Shown in pieces: positions 49,960 through 59,377 of a stretch of 64,000 bases of DNA. The first letter of the stretch is position 1, and each line of letters starts with the position of its first letter. This stretch comes from Candidatus Bathyarchaeota archaeon (GTDB lineage Archaea; Thermoproteota; Bathyarchaeia; 40CM-2-53-6), in contig CAVPLU010000004.1 of NCBI GenBank assembly GCA_963706285.1, positions 1-64,000 of the forward strand. Direction: 5' to 3'. A program made the translations under genes and the position numbers. Under the pieces are notes generated by a model. That model was not told the DNA's origin. It saw only the letters and a list, made by a program, of their open reading frames with translations, and searched no databases.

Positions 49960-50562
49960 ATGAGCGAACCCTTCATGCCCGGCGCCACAACAATCGGTGT
50001 AGTATGCAAAGACGGAGTAGTGCTGGCATCCGAGAGACGTGTATCCTACGGGTACTTTGTGCAAAGCAAGACTGGGAAAAAGGTCTTCCAGATAACAGAC
50101 AGAATCGGTGCCGTGTGTGCAGGACTCGTTGCAGACATGCAGGTCTTGACAAAGGAAGTCGCAGCTCATCTGAGAGTGTACTCTTTCGAGCGGGACAGGA
50201 CTGCATCAGTTAGGTCCGCTGCGAAAGTCATGGCCAACCTTCTATTTGAGAGACGCATGTATCCATACCTTGCCCAGACGATAGTCGGCGGAATTGACGA
50301 CGAAGGCCCCAGCCTCTACGTGCTGGACCCGCTAGGATCGGTTATTGACGACAAGTTCGCGTCCGTAGGATCCGGATCTGAGATCGCTATCGGCGTCCTA
50401 GAAGCGGAGTTCAAAGAAGGCCTCAGCGTTGAGCAGGGCAAAGAACTTGTCAAGAAAGCAGCCAAGGCCGCGTTGGCCCGGGACATAGGAAGCGGAAATG
50501 GCCTCGACATTATGACAATCACTAAGAGCGGAATCAAAGAGGAAGGCGAGCCTCTCAAATAA
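49960..50562 (+). CDS. psmB: Second proteasome beta subunit (Ala at mature position 1)
   Basis: MPG-ATTIG, GSGS, RDIGSG. Confidence 0.93.
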   Translation: MSEPFMPGATTIGVVCKDGVVLASERRVSYGYFVQSKTGKKVFQITDRIGAVCAGLVADMQVLTKEVAAHLRVYSFERDRTASVRSAAKVMANLLFERRMYPYLAQTIVGGIDDEGPSLYVLDPLGSVIDDKFASVGSGSEIAIGVLEAEFKEGLSVEQGKELVKKAAKAALARDIGSGNGLDIMTITKSGIKEEGEPLK

Positions 50563-50648
50563 GTAGTTGAATAGGCCGACTTTTCAAACGGCACGTGTTC
50601 TTAGGCCAACCCATTTATTCATCACAGGAGAGTAAGCATCGAACATAG

Positions 50649-51272
50649 TTGCTTTCAAAAAGCGAACTTGCCGGACTGCAACAGAGTCTTACTGACTACG
50701 ACAAGACAAGAGAGAAGCTGCTAGAGCTAACGAGGAAGACCACTCGACAATCAAGCTGGGCAATCATCCAGGTTCATAGACAACAGATCCCAAAGGCCAA
50801 GGCCACTCTAAAAGAAGCGGAAGAGAGCATCACCCAGATACGGGGCCTCTTGAATGAACGCTCCGAGTTCAAACAAGCTGGCTATGTTGTCGTTGCTTTC
50901 CAGGAGTTCTCCGAGGCCAAGATACTGCTAGGCTACGCGACCCGAAAGAAGCTGTTGTCACAACGTGAGGTAGGTGTGGATTGGATGCCCTTCTCCCTCG
51001 GCCTTCTCGATTTCATCGGCGAACTTCGCAGAAGGACGATGGATCAGTTGAAAGCCGGCAAGTCGAAAGAGGCGGAAGAGACCTTCGGATCGATGGAAGC
51101 CCTCTTCGAAGATCTTCTCTCGCTCGACCGTACATCGATAGTTCCAACGTTTCGAAGAAAGTTGGATGTCGCTAAGAAGCTGGTTGAGGCCACCCGTTCG
51201 GATGTAATTGCTGATGCTCGTAGATCCTCTTTAGAGAAGACAATGAAGAATCTTGAGAAGCGCATGCGCTGA
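50649..51272 (+). CDS. Translin/Trax-family protein
   Basis: QEFSEA and GLLDFIGELRR acidic motifs. Confidence 0.88.
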   Translation: MLSKSELAGLQQSLTDYDKTREKLLELTRKTTRQSSWAIIQVHRQQIPKAKATLKEAEESITQIRGLLNERSEFKQAGYVVVAFQEFSEAKILLGYATRKKLLSQREVGVDWMPFSLGLLDFIGELRRRTMDQLKAGKSKEAEETFGSMEALFEDLLSLDRTSIVPTFRRKLDVAKKLVEATRSDVIADARRSSLEKTMKNLEKRMR

Positions 51273-51278
51273 ACCTCT

Positions 51279-51930
51279 TTGCCCTCGAAGAGAATCAATA
51301 TTCCTCAAAATCCCAAGCCTCCAGAAGCGATTGCTATACAGAACAAGTTAGCCTCACTGGTATCTCAACAAAGCGACCTTCCCGATACAGATACGCCGTA
51401 TTGCCGGAATTGACGTTGCATATGACAACGAAAAAGCTTCAGGCGCAGCCGTGCTCATTGCCTACGACACTTTGGAGCAGATCGAAACCGCAACTGTCAA
51501 GGCAAGAGCAACGTTCCCCTACATTCCTGGACTGCTCTCATTCAGAGAGGGGCCAGTGGCTGTTCGAGCACTCCGCAAGCTAAAGCATCGGCCTGACGTG
51601 TGCATAGTTGATGGTCATGGCCTTGCACATCCAAGAAGATTCGGCTTGGCCTGCTATGTGGGCCTCGTCATGAATCTTCCCACGATTGGAGTGGCAAAGA
51701 GCCGACTGTTTGGCATAGACAATGGTGAAACGCTACTAGATTCCGAGGGGAACTTGATCGCAACAGTTCTCCAGTATAATAGGAAGAATCTCTATGTGAG
51801 TGTAGGTCACAAGATATCGCTCGAAGATGCGACGAGGATCGTAAAGCACTGCATCACCAGACGCGGTCTTGAACCCGTCCTACTGGCGCATCAGGAGTCG
51901 AGAAGGCTCAAATGGTCAACCAAAACGTGA
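51279..51930 (+). CDS. nfi: Endonuclease V (frameshift ~51391)
   Basis: IAGIDVAY, FPYIPGLLSFRE, VDGHGLAHPRRFGLA, GVAKS. Confidence 0.93.
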
Positions 51931-52616
51931 GTCCCGCATTGCTGCTGACATTGTTCAAGCTCGCAGAACTCGGAGCCTTCTCCGGCGAGCTATCGATCAC
52001 CACCGCAGATCTTGCGAAGAGTCTTAGCATCTCCCAGCAGACTGCCTCGCGACATCTGATTGAACTTCAGACCCTTGGCCTGATCCGAAGAACTCGAAGT
52101 ACACGCAGGGAGGCGATCAGAATTACCGCGAAAGGTTCAGAAGAACTCAACAAAATGCACCTTAGGCTCAAAGCAATATTCGAATTGAAACCAAGAGAAG
52201 TAATGCTGGAAGGAATATTGTTCTCTGGAATAGGCGAAGGTGCTTGGTACGTCAGCCAGCCAGGATACCGTAAACAATTTGCGGAGAAACTGGGCTTCAA
52301 TCCTTTTCCAGGCACACTGAATCTACGCCTCAAACCTGAGTACGAAGACGAGAAAAGACTGCTCGAAACGATTCCACATGTCCAGATTGAAGGGTTTCGT
52401 GACGGCGAGAGAACATTCGGACCTGTAGTGTGTTACAAAGCCAAGATCAATGATGCGGAGGATGGAGCATTGATCTCCGCCGTCAGAACACACTACGCGG
52501 GTGACGTAGTCGAGGTAATTGCAGCGAGCAATCTGAGAGTGAAACTCGGACTAAGAGACGGTGATACAGTGAGGGCACGCATCATCAGCTCGGCTCTCGG
52601 AAAAATCTCTGTCTGA
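51912..52616 (+). CDS. ribK: CTP-dependent riboflavin kinase with N-terminal wHTH (RbkR)
   Basis: SQQTASR HTH; SGIGEG, PFPGTLN, RTHY...VEVIA. Confidence 0.93.
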   Translation: MVNQNVSPALLLTLFKLAELGAFSGELSITTADLAKSLSISQQTASRHLIELQTLGLIRRTRSTRREAIRITAKGSEELNKMHLRLKAIFELKPREVMLEGILFSGIGEGAWYVSQPGYRKQFAEKLGFNPFPGTLNLRLKPEYEDEKRLLETIPHVQIEGFRDGERTFGPVVCYKAKINDAEDGALISAVRTHYAGDVVEVIAASNLRVKLGLRDGDTVRARIISSALGKISV

Positions 52617-53232
52617 TCGCTGAAGAGCTCAGGTACTTCTCTTTATCAAACTTGGAAAGCCGCACCACTCGGATGCTGAGTTTCTTCCTCTCGACAAGCT
52701 GAGTGACCATCCGAGCGACCGAATCTTGATCATATCCAAGCGCAATTATGTTGGGCTTGACTTCATCAATTATCTGATCATAGCCCATACCAACATCCTC
52801 GTACCCAAGGATAGCTGCATCAACAGGTCTTAGCGACTCGACCAGCGCACGCCTATCTTCTTCCGGAAACACAGGTCTGCGACCCTTGAGTGTCTCAACT
52901 GTAACATCGGTTGCTACGACAACGACTAGAATATCTCCATACGTTTTCGCTTCGGCAAGAACGGCAAGATGGCCAAGATGGAGTATGTCATAGACGCCCC
53001 CTACGAGAACTATCCCTAGCTTCGATCTTCCCTTGCTAAGCAATGAATACTCGTCAGTGTTCTTGCATTCCAACATTCCAGATGACGTGAACTGTTTCAA
53101 GACGTCATCAGATTTGCTGGAATCCAGTCCTGTCCTATTCATCAGCTCAGCTTTGGTGAAGAATGGTCTTCGAAGTTGCAGAAGGTAGATGAATTTCAGC
53201 AGATCCTTTTCATCTTGCTTGCTCACGTCCAT
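52585..53232 (-). CDS. ribL: FAD synthetase (RibL-like) with N-terminal wHTH-like extension
   Basis: GVYDILHLGH, PNIIALGYDQ, SSSAI. Confidence 0.8.
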   Translation of the reverse strand: MDVSKQDEKDLLKFIYLLQLRRPFFTKAELMNRTGLDSSKSDDVLKQFTSSGMLECKNTDEYSLLSKGRSKLGIVLVGGVYDILHLGHLAVLAEAKTYGDILVVVVATDVTVETLKGRRPVFPEEDRRALVESLRPVDAAILGYEDVGMGYDQIIDEVKPNIIALGYDQDSVARMVTQLVERKKLSIRVVRLSKFDKEKYLSSSAIRQRFFREPS

Positions 53233-53309
53233 CTCGTCATTGCCTCCTAGCCCTCAAATGGTATGATCAACGGGATATTGTTTCTCAAGTAGCAAAGATG
53301 TGACTGGCT

Positions 53310-53564
53310 TCAATGAGTTGGGTCTTTCGCATCCGTTATGCCAATTATGCTCAGCGAGTCCAGAAGCCCTTCAGCGTAGGCAACTGACGCAAGAGCGGTT
53401 GTCGGCCTCCCTGTTTCAAGGAAGTACTTGGAATCAGCCACATATCTCTTGGCATAATCTATGACGCGAAGCGCATCCGGATTGTTGATAGTCTCGACCA
53501 GTTTGATGGATTTCTCAATGGCTGTCAGATAGACTCGTGTTCGTTCTTTGGGGTCTTCGCTCAT
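53310..53564 (-). CDS. DUF357 protein
   Basis: YVADSKYF...ALASVAYAEGLLD; ATGA overlap with dph5. Confidence 0.88.
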   Translation of the reverse strand: MSEDPKERTRVYLTAIEKSIKLVETINNPDALRVIDYAKRYVADSKYFLETGRPTTALASVAYAEGLLDSLSIIGITDAKDPTH

Positions 53565-54355
53565 CTGTGAGCCTCCAAGAGTTCTCGTGGAGCTCCGGCC
53601 AGCAATTGCAGTGCCTCCACCTCCACAAAATGCAGTTTGCTTGGTAGAATGATTGACCATGGAGGTTCACCAAAATCTGTTTTGACGAGATTTCCTGCTG
53701 TATCCGCTTTCACTACACAATCGGGCGCTTCCACACGCGCAAGTACTACCATGAGTGTCTCCTCCGTCACCAGGCCGGCTTTTTTGACGGATTCCAACTT
53801 GAGAAGGACTTGAATTGCTTCCGGAACTGTCAGTGCTCTTTGCTCGAGGTCCAAGAGAGCGAGTGTGTGTAGGCCTATTCTCTTGTTAGCGCTGATGAAG
53901 TCGTATACTGATTCCGGAAGGGGGTTAGTTGTAGGTGAGGGAATCGTGATGGTCCTGCCGAACTTGTAGACTTCTAGTCCTGCAACCCCAGCCGCCGCAG
54001 TGATTATTGAAGCTGAATGAATGATTGTTGTTGGAATCCCAAGTTGCTTCGCCGAGAGTAGAAGCCCAACATGCGTAGTTGCCGACATCGGGTCTCCCGG
54101 CGTAAGGAGAGCCACGCGTGCTTGCTTTGCATTTGACAGTATCGTGCTCTCAGCGTCTTCCTCTAGATCTTTCCTGGCAAGAATGTTGATTCTCTTTCCG
54201 AGAGTACGTTGTAGTCGATCCACTGAAAGCCCGGGCATGACGCTCGTGTAGAGTTCAAGGTAGATAGTATCCGAGTTCTTAGCGGATTCTAGGCCGCGTA
54301 ATGTTAGGCCGTTATCGTCGTGCAAACCCATTCCGATGAGTGATAATGCTCCCAT
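53561..54355 (-). CDS. dph5: Diphthine synthase
   Basis: YLELYTS, GDPMSATTH, YKFGRT, GLHTL.LLD, LHFVE. Confidence 0.95.
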   Translation of the reverse strand: MGALSLIGMGLHDDNGLTLRGLESAKNSDTIYLELYTSVMPGLSVDRLQRTLGKRINILARKDLEEDAESTILSNAKQARVALLTPGDPMSATTHVGLLLSAKQLGIPTTIIHSASIITAAAGVAGLEVYKFGRTITIPSPTTNPLPESVYDFISANKRIGLHTLALLDLEQRALTVPEAIQVLLKLESVKKAGLVTEETLMVVLARVEAPDCVVKADTAGNLVKTDFGEPPWSIILPSKLHFVEVEALQLLAGAPRELLEAHR

Positions 54356-54415
54356 CTCATCTCAGGTGGAACTAGGCGTGGGATGGTATTATTCGTGACC
54401 GATGGATAGTGTCTG

Positions 54416-55501
54416 TTAGACCACTATTCTGCCGTTCTCTACTAGTGTTCTTCCGTCAAGTTCCACGGTGGCTTGGCTCAGGGTGCCTTGGAAGCCGTAG
54501 TCGCTGTCATTCTTTCCGCCCACTGAAAGGTTTGATCCTATCGCGATCGTAACGGCCCCTTTTGATAGGTTATCGTTGAGGAATCCGGTTCTCACTCGGG
54601 GATTCAGTCCAATTGTGATGCTGGAAATCTTGTCCTTGTCTCCGTGTCCTTTCTCGAATATGGGTTTGAATGCGTCTAGGTTCTTTTCTGCGTTGAAAGT
54701 CGTGACATGTCCGTTCTCGAACACCCATTGGAGGCCGTGGATCACTTTGCCGACCTGTTGTATTGGCAGATCGAAACTGATCTTCCCCGATGCGCTGTCT
54801 TCAACAATGGAAACAGTCACCGATCCGGTTGGGAGAGTTGTGAATAGTGCTCCACGCCTAATATCGTCTTCGTCAATGATTCCGTCGTTAATCTGAGCTT
54901 GTCGTCCAAGTATGGAGAACTTCAGATCTGTCCCTATCCTAGATCGAACTCGTACTTCTCTCGCTCGTTCTAGGTTTGAGGTCACACGCCTGCCCAGAAT
55001 GCTCATGTCATCGTACCGAATAGCCGTTGCAGAGTCCGTCATTCGTTTCCACCGCTGGAAGTTGATCCCATACGCGCGAGCTCTCTCAAGGGTCACCATT
55101 CCCTGTGACAAGTAAGCGCTTCGGATCTTCTTCTCGCGGCTCTTGTCCTCGTGCGCCTTTTCGCCCTCGAACAATGCCGCGAACTTCTCGGGTGGTATCT
55201 TTCGCATGCGTAATGGATTCGCTGGACCGCCGATGAAGATGTTCACGGTCGAGTACTCGGCCGTGCCTAGACAATGCTTCGATGTCACCTTCAGGTTCTC
55301 TTCGGACAGCGTCTCCAGCTGCGAATAATACGATCTGTCAGTGTCAAGTATGGCAATCGCATCGGCGCCAATTCTGTAACACTCCTCCAGTATCGCGTCA
55401 GACAGTTCAATGGTGTGCGCCCACGTGTTTACAGTCACAACATCATCCGGTCTTATTCGCAGACAATCACTCACAATTGCATGTGCGACTCGAACCGACA
55501 T
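54416..55501 (-). CDS. M29 (AmpT/AmpS-like) aminopeptidase homolog, metal ligands apparently lost
   Basis: GTDLKF, LPTG, IGLNP, IAIGSN...GGKN fold motifs. Confidence 0.75.
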   Translation of the reverse strand: MSVRVAHAIVSDCLRIRPDDVVTVNTWAHTIELSDAILEECYRIGADAIAILDTDRSYYSQLETLSEENLKVTSKHCLGTAEYSTVNIFIGGPANPLRMRKIPPEKFAALFEGEKAHEDKSREKKIRSAYLSQGMVTLERARAYGINFQRWKRMTDSATAIRYDDMSILGRRVTSNLERAREVRVRSRIGTDLKFSILGRQAQINDGIIDEDDIRRGALFTTLPTGSVTVSIVEDSASGKISFDLPIQQVGKVIHGLQWVFENGHVTTFNAEKNLDAFKPIFEKGHGDKDKISSITIGLNPRVRTGFLNDNLSKGAVTIAIGSNLSVGGKNDSDYGFQGTLSQATVELDGRTLVENGRIVV

Positions 55502-55704
55502 TGATTATCTACTTGTACTAATACGGCGAAGTGCCTGATAAGACTTGAAGCATGGCGACCCTATGAGCACTAGTTTGTACGTTGGACTGGACAATTCGAG
55601 CGAGGTCGTCCGATCGAAGTTACAACGACAAGATTGGTGAGCATTAGGAATCGTTTCATCGGACGGATGGGCGAGAATGTGGTTCTAGGTCTTGTCTTGG
55701 TCTA

Positions 55705-55718
55705 CGAAAACTTAAGTA
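55705..55718 (+). promoter_or_regulatory. Candidate BRE + TATA box of tRNA-Lys
   Basis: CGAAAA-CTTAAGTA ending 28 bp before the tRNA 5' end. Confidence 0.5.
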
Positions 55719-55745
55719 GACTTCCCAGTTATGTCCGAAAGCTCA

Positions 55746-55878
55746 GGGTCCGTAGCTCAGTCAGGCGTTCGATTCGTCCTCGAAAGGTAGAGCAGCGGTC
55801 TGCCAGGAGCAAGGCTGAAGCTCTTAACCGCTGAGAGACACCCGAAGGTCGAGGGTTCAATTCCCTCCGGACCCGCCA
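55746..55878 (+). tRNA. tRNA-Lys(CTT) with three introns (D-loop ~55766-55787; 30/31 55799-55819; 37/38 55827-55839), CCA encoded
   Basis: Removing 22+21+13 nt leaves a 77-nt cloverleaf GGGTCCG...GCGGG-CTCTTAA-CCCGA...GAGGG-TTCAATT-CCCTC-CGGACCC-GCCA. Confidence 0.88.
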
Positions 55879-55902
55879 AAGCAAGTTGAGCTAGCGCTGA
55901 GA

Positions 55903-57150
55903 ATGAAACTGCCCAGGAAAATATCATCGTTTGCCGAGGTTCCGCCCGGAGTAAGCAGGGTCGTCTTTGGGGCTGGTCCTCTAGCAGCGGGACTTGGATT
56001 CTACGAAGTTGCGATCGCTGTCTTTCTTCCCCTGGAAGGGGTCTCTATCACCAACGTTGGGGTTATCCTGACCACGTTCGGCCTAGCAGCTGTGGTCTGC
56101 AGCATTCCCTTTTCGATTCTCTCGGATCGGCACGGGCGAAAACTGATGATGCTCACTGGTGCTCTTCTCTCCATACCCGTAACCATGATCCCAGGATTGA
56201 CATCGGACTTCCTGATTCTCGAAATTTCAGCTCTAGTGGGCGGTGCGGCCGATGCCATGTATATCTCAACTTGGAACGCCTACCTCGCGGACGCTACGCC
56301 TGTCTCTGCAAGGCCTGCGACTTACAGTCTTTCATTCGTTGTTTTCACGATGGCCGCAGGCTTCGGCAGTTTTGTTCCAGCTGCTTTTCCCTTTTTGCCG
56401 CTGGATTTCTTTCAAGCTCATCGAATTGCCTTTATCGCATTAGGTCTACTAGGATTCTTGACCCCGCTTGCGGTATTGCGCTGGGCTACTGACATCAAAC
56501 CCGCACAATCTCGCCACGGAATACTGCCTCGCAAGTCTCTGGGAATTCTAGCGAAATTCTCGACCGCGAATTTCATGATCGCTCTCGGTGCAGGCTTCAT
56601 AATTCCTCTCATACCGACCTGGTTCTACCTTCGCTTCAGCGTTACCGACGCATTCTCGGGCCCTGTGGTTGCCTTTTCGAGCATACTCATGGGCCTCGCT
56701 GCCATTGCCTCGCCAGGAATAGCAAAGAGGATGGGCTTGGTAATCGGGATTGTGGCCACACAGCTCGCGTCAACTCTCTTCCTCGTACTTACACCGTGGA
56801 GTCCAACGCCGTTGATCGCAGCTTCAGTGTACGTCGTCCGTTCGATGCTCATGAATATGTCCAGCCCGCTCGCTGATTCACTTCTCATGAATTTGGTTGC
56901 GCAGGACGAACGAGCCACAGCGTCTGCGCTCAATGCAGTCGTCTGGAGACTCCCGAATGCTGCAAGCACTGTCTTTGGAGCAGCTGCTCTCAGCGCAGGA
57001 AACCTAAGCCTGCCCTTCTACCTCTGTGCAGTTCTGTACATTGTCTCGATTACTCTGTTCTACGTGCTATTCAGGAAAGTCGAGCCAAGGAATAGTGCAC
57101 CGACTCTGAAAACCAATTTGCAGAGGTCGGAAGTCAACCTGAAACCATAA
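55903..57150 (+). CDS. MFS transporter
   Basis: LSDRHGRK motif A; about 12 TMs. Confidence 0.92.
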   Translation: MKLPRKISSFAEVPPGVSRVVFGAGPLAAGLGFYEVAIAVFLPLEGVSITNVGVILTTFGLAAVVCSIPFSILSDRHGRKLMMLTGALLSIPVTMIPGLTSDFLILEISALVGGAADAMYISTWNAYLADATPVSARPATYSLSFVVFTMAAGFGSFVPAAFPFLPLDFFQAHRIAFIALGLLGFLTPLAVLRWATDIKPAQSRHGILPRKSLGILAKFSTANFMIALGAGFIIPLIPTWFYLRFSVTDAFSGPVVAFSSILMGLAAIASPGIAKRMGLVIGIVATQLASTLFLVLTPWSPTPLIAASVYVVRSMLMNMSSPLADSLLMNLVAQDERATASALNAVVWRLPNAASTVFGAAALSAGNLSLPFYLCAVLYIVSITLFYVLFRKVEPRNSAPTLKTNLQRSEVNLKP

Positions 57151-57433
57151 TGGCATATCTGCCTGGTTTCTTCGCGTCTTCTCGAATTTCTATTCTATCT
57201 CCTTTCTTGAGTCCCTTCCAGCGGATGAAGTAGTGTTCGTGAGGCGAGTCGGGCCCTTGACAAAAACATCGATAGGACTCTACTCTAGCTCTTTTCTGTT
57301 TGCCATCGTGAATCAGCTGAAACGTCTTTCCCAGCGGAGGGAAAAAGGAGAGCTTGCTCTTCAATACCAGAACATATCCTTCTGCTGCCTCTTCAGAAGA
57401 TATCTTCCTTGAATAAGCAGACTTTTCCTCCAA
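57134..57433 (-). CDS. Hypothetical small beta-barrel-like protein with CxC...HxH
   Basis: CFCQGPDSPHEHY; LKKGDRIEI. Confidence 0.55.
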   Translation of the reverse strand: MEEKSAYSRKISSEEAAEGYVLVLKSKLSFFPPLGKTFQLIHDGKQKRARVESYRCFCQGPDSPHEHYFIRWKGLKKGDRIEIREDAKKPGRYAIMVSG

Positions 57434-57565
57434 CGTAGTTGTCTCTCCAGCATTATCTTCCGAAGTGTCTGCAATAAGTCATAATGATTTGATTCCGGTT
57501 TTCAGCAAATCAGCGCTGATCGTCTTATATAACCGGGCCGCTGTGTCCATTCATGGTGTGCTGTA

Positions 57566-58246
57566 TTGGATCTAGCTAGTAATTTGAGTAATAGCTTCGA
57601 GTACGCCAAGAAACTGATGAGCGATTTTGGCAGACTATTGATCCTCATTGTATTGAATATAATACCAGTTGTTAACTGGATTGTCGTCGGTTATGCTGCA
57701 CGGGCGCTGAGAGAATCTCCAGGCGCAGATGCACCTCCGAAACTTGAGGACTATGGCAAATTGTTCGTTGAGGGAGCGAAGATCTTCTTCGCATCGCTAA
57801 TCTACATGATTATTCCGTTGATAATAATCGTAGCAGGGCTCGGGTCATTCTTCGCAAGCATGGTAATGGGAGGCGGCCCAACCTTCATCCCGGGCGGGTT
57901 TGAACCAAGTGCTATGGGCTTACTGAGCGGCACAGGAATCGCGCTTGTGGTTATTGGAGCGGTCATCGCGTTCGTCATGCTAATACTGCTAGCTGCTGGG
58001 ATAGCCCATATGATCAAGACTGACAAGTTCGTCAAGGCCTTTGCTTTCGGGGAAATCCTAGGCATAATCAAGAGGGTCGGATGGGGCAAGTACATTGCTT
58101 GGATCATACTGGTCGCAGTAATCGCCTTTATCGTCGGCGCAATAACCGGTGCAATACCATATGTCGGATGGCTCATCTCAGTGATTATCGGTCCTGGCGT
58201 GATAGTGTTCTTCTTCAGATCTCTAGGGCTACTCTATAGTGAGTGA
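57566..58246 (+). CDS. DUF4013 membrane protein
   Basis: IIPVVNWIVVGY, P.LEDYGKLFVEG.K, AFAFGEI. Confidence 0.85.
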   Translation: MDLASNLSNSFEYAKKLMSDFGRLLILIVLNIIPVVNWIVVGYAARALRESPGADAPPKLEDYGKLFVEGAKIFFASLIYMIIPLIIIVAGLGSFFASMVMGGGPTFIPGGFEPSAMGLLSGTGIALVVIGAVIAFVMLILLAAGIAHMIKTDKFVKAFAFGEILGIIKRVGWGKYIAWIILVAVIAFIVGAITGAIPYVGWLISVIIGPGVIVFFFRSLGLLYSE

Positions 58247-58428
58247 TCTAATCACCCACACAATCTCCTGCCTTTGTTCGGGGCCTCGATCCACAGGGCA
58301 CTTTACATGCGTAAAGGGTCCAAAGGCAGGATCTCCCTTTGCATACTGCGTAGACAAGATGCTGCTTGACATCAGAATACGAGTAGCCTTTAGACAAGGG
58401 AGCCACACCTTAGACAAGAGTGTCTTCA

Positions 58429-58866
58429 ATGGAATCGCGAAAAGAGCTAATCGAGCTCATACGCGAGCAGGCTGAGATTGAGAAGGTAAGCGTAGAAAAG
58501 CTCGCCGAGACGGAGCGGAAAGTAGGTACTGGTGCAGCAAGGCTCCTGCTCGTAGAGATGAGATGTGACTCGCAGAAACACGCAGCGATTCTGGAGGCAG
58601 TCCTTGAAACATTGAAAGGTGCTCCGCCGTCGAAATCGCTTTGGGAACAAGCTTTCAGCGGGTTCGCTGATCCAATAATAGTGAATCGAGAAATAGAGAA
58701 TCATAAGGCTATGAGCGGATCGATGGCGGCTCACATAGACAAGGAAATGAGCAAAACGGATGATGAAACAGTACGGACAGTACTCCGGCATCTTGCGGAA
58801 GACGAAAGACGACACAATGAGATCTTGGACACAATAGCGCAAAGAGCCTACAAGATGATCCGTTGA
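58429..58866 (+). CDS. Ferritin-like four-helix protein
   Basis: DSQKH and DERRH motifs in a duplicated helix pair. Confidence 0.7.
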   Translation: MESRKELIELIREQAEIEKVSVEKLAETERKVGTGAARLLLVEMRCDSQKHAAILEAVLETLKGAPPSKSLWEQAFSGFADPIIVNREIENHKAMSGSMAAHIDKEMSKTDDETVRTVLRHLAEDERRHNEILDTIAQRAYKMIR

Positions 58867-58894
58867 ACCTCTTGGAAACCCACTAGTTGCACTG

Positions 58895-59254
58895 TCATCG
58901 ATCTAGTTTTGGCATTAGCCAGAACACGTTGCCGTCAGGATCCTTGAACATAGCGTAAGTCAAATCCTCATCCCAGTCAGATTTGCCTAGTTCGCGAGTG
59001 AACTGCACACCATTCTTCTTGAGCTCTTGGCATGTACCTTCAATGTCTCCGGCATGCAACGCGATTCCAGTGTTCCCTGGTTCAAGTGATTCGCCTGCGC
59101 ACAGATGGAGACCGAACGATGAGCCCCGTGGGGCAACTACAACCCAATGTTCTTGGTCGCTCTGCACCTCGAATCCAAGCTTGTCCCTGTACCATTCCTT
59201 GGCCTTTTTCTCATCCGAAACCATGACCGCCACGGTCCGAATCTCTTCAATCAT
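58895..59254 (-). CDS. VOC/glyoxalase family protein
   Basis: VSD..KA..WY.DKLGF; FKDPDGN. Confidence 0.9.
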   Translation of the reverse strand: MIEEIRTVAVMVSDEKKAKEWYRDKLGFEVQSDQEHWVVVAPRGSSFGLHLCAGESLEPGNTGIALHAGDIEGTCQELKKNGVQFTRELGKSDWDEDLTYAMFKDPDGNVFWLMPKLDR

Positions 59255-59377
59255 CCAACGCCCAACCTCGCACTTAGTCTAGCGATCCGATCGATATTTA
59301 ACGTGGGCAGGCAGTCCAAAATAACATTGGTATAGACTGCCGATTGCGCACCCGAATATCGCAGTACTTCAGGAAGA

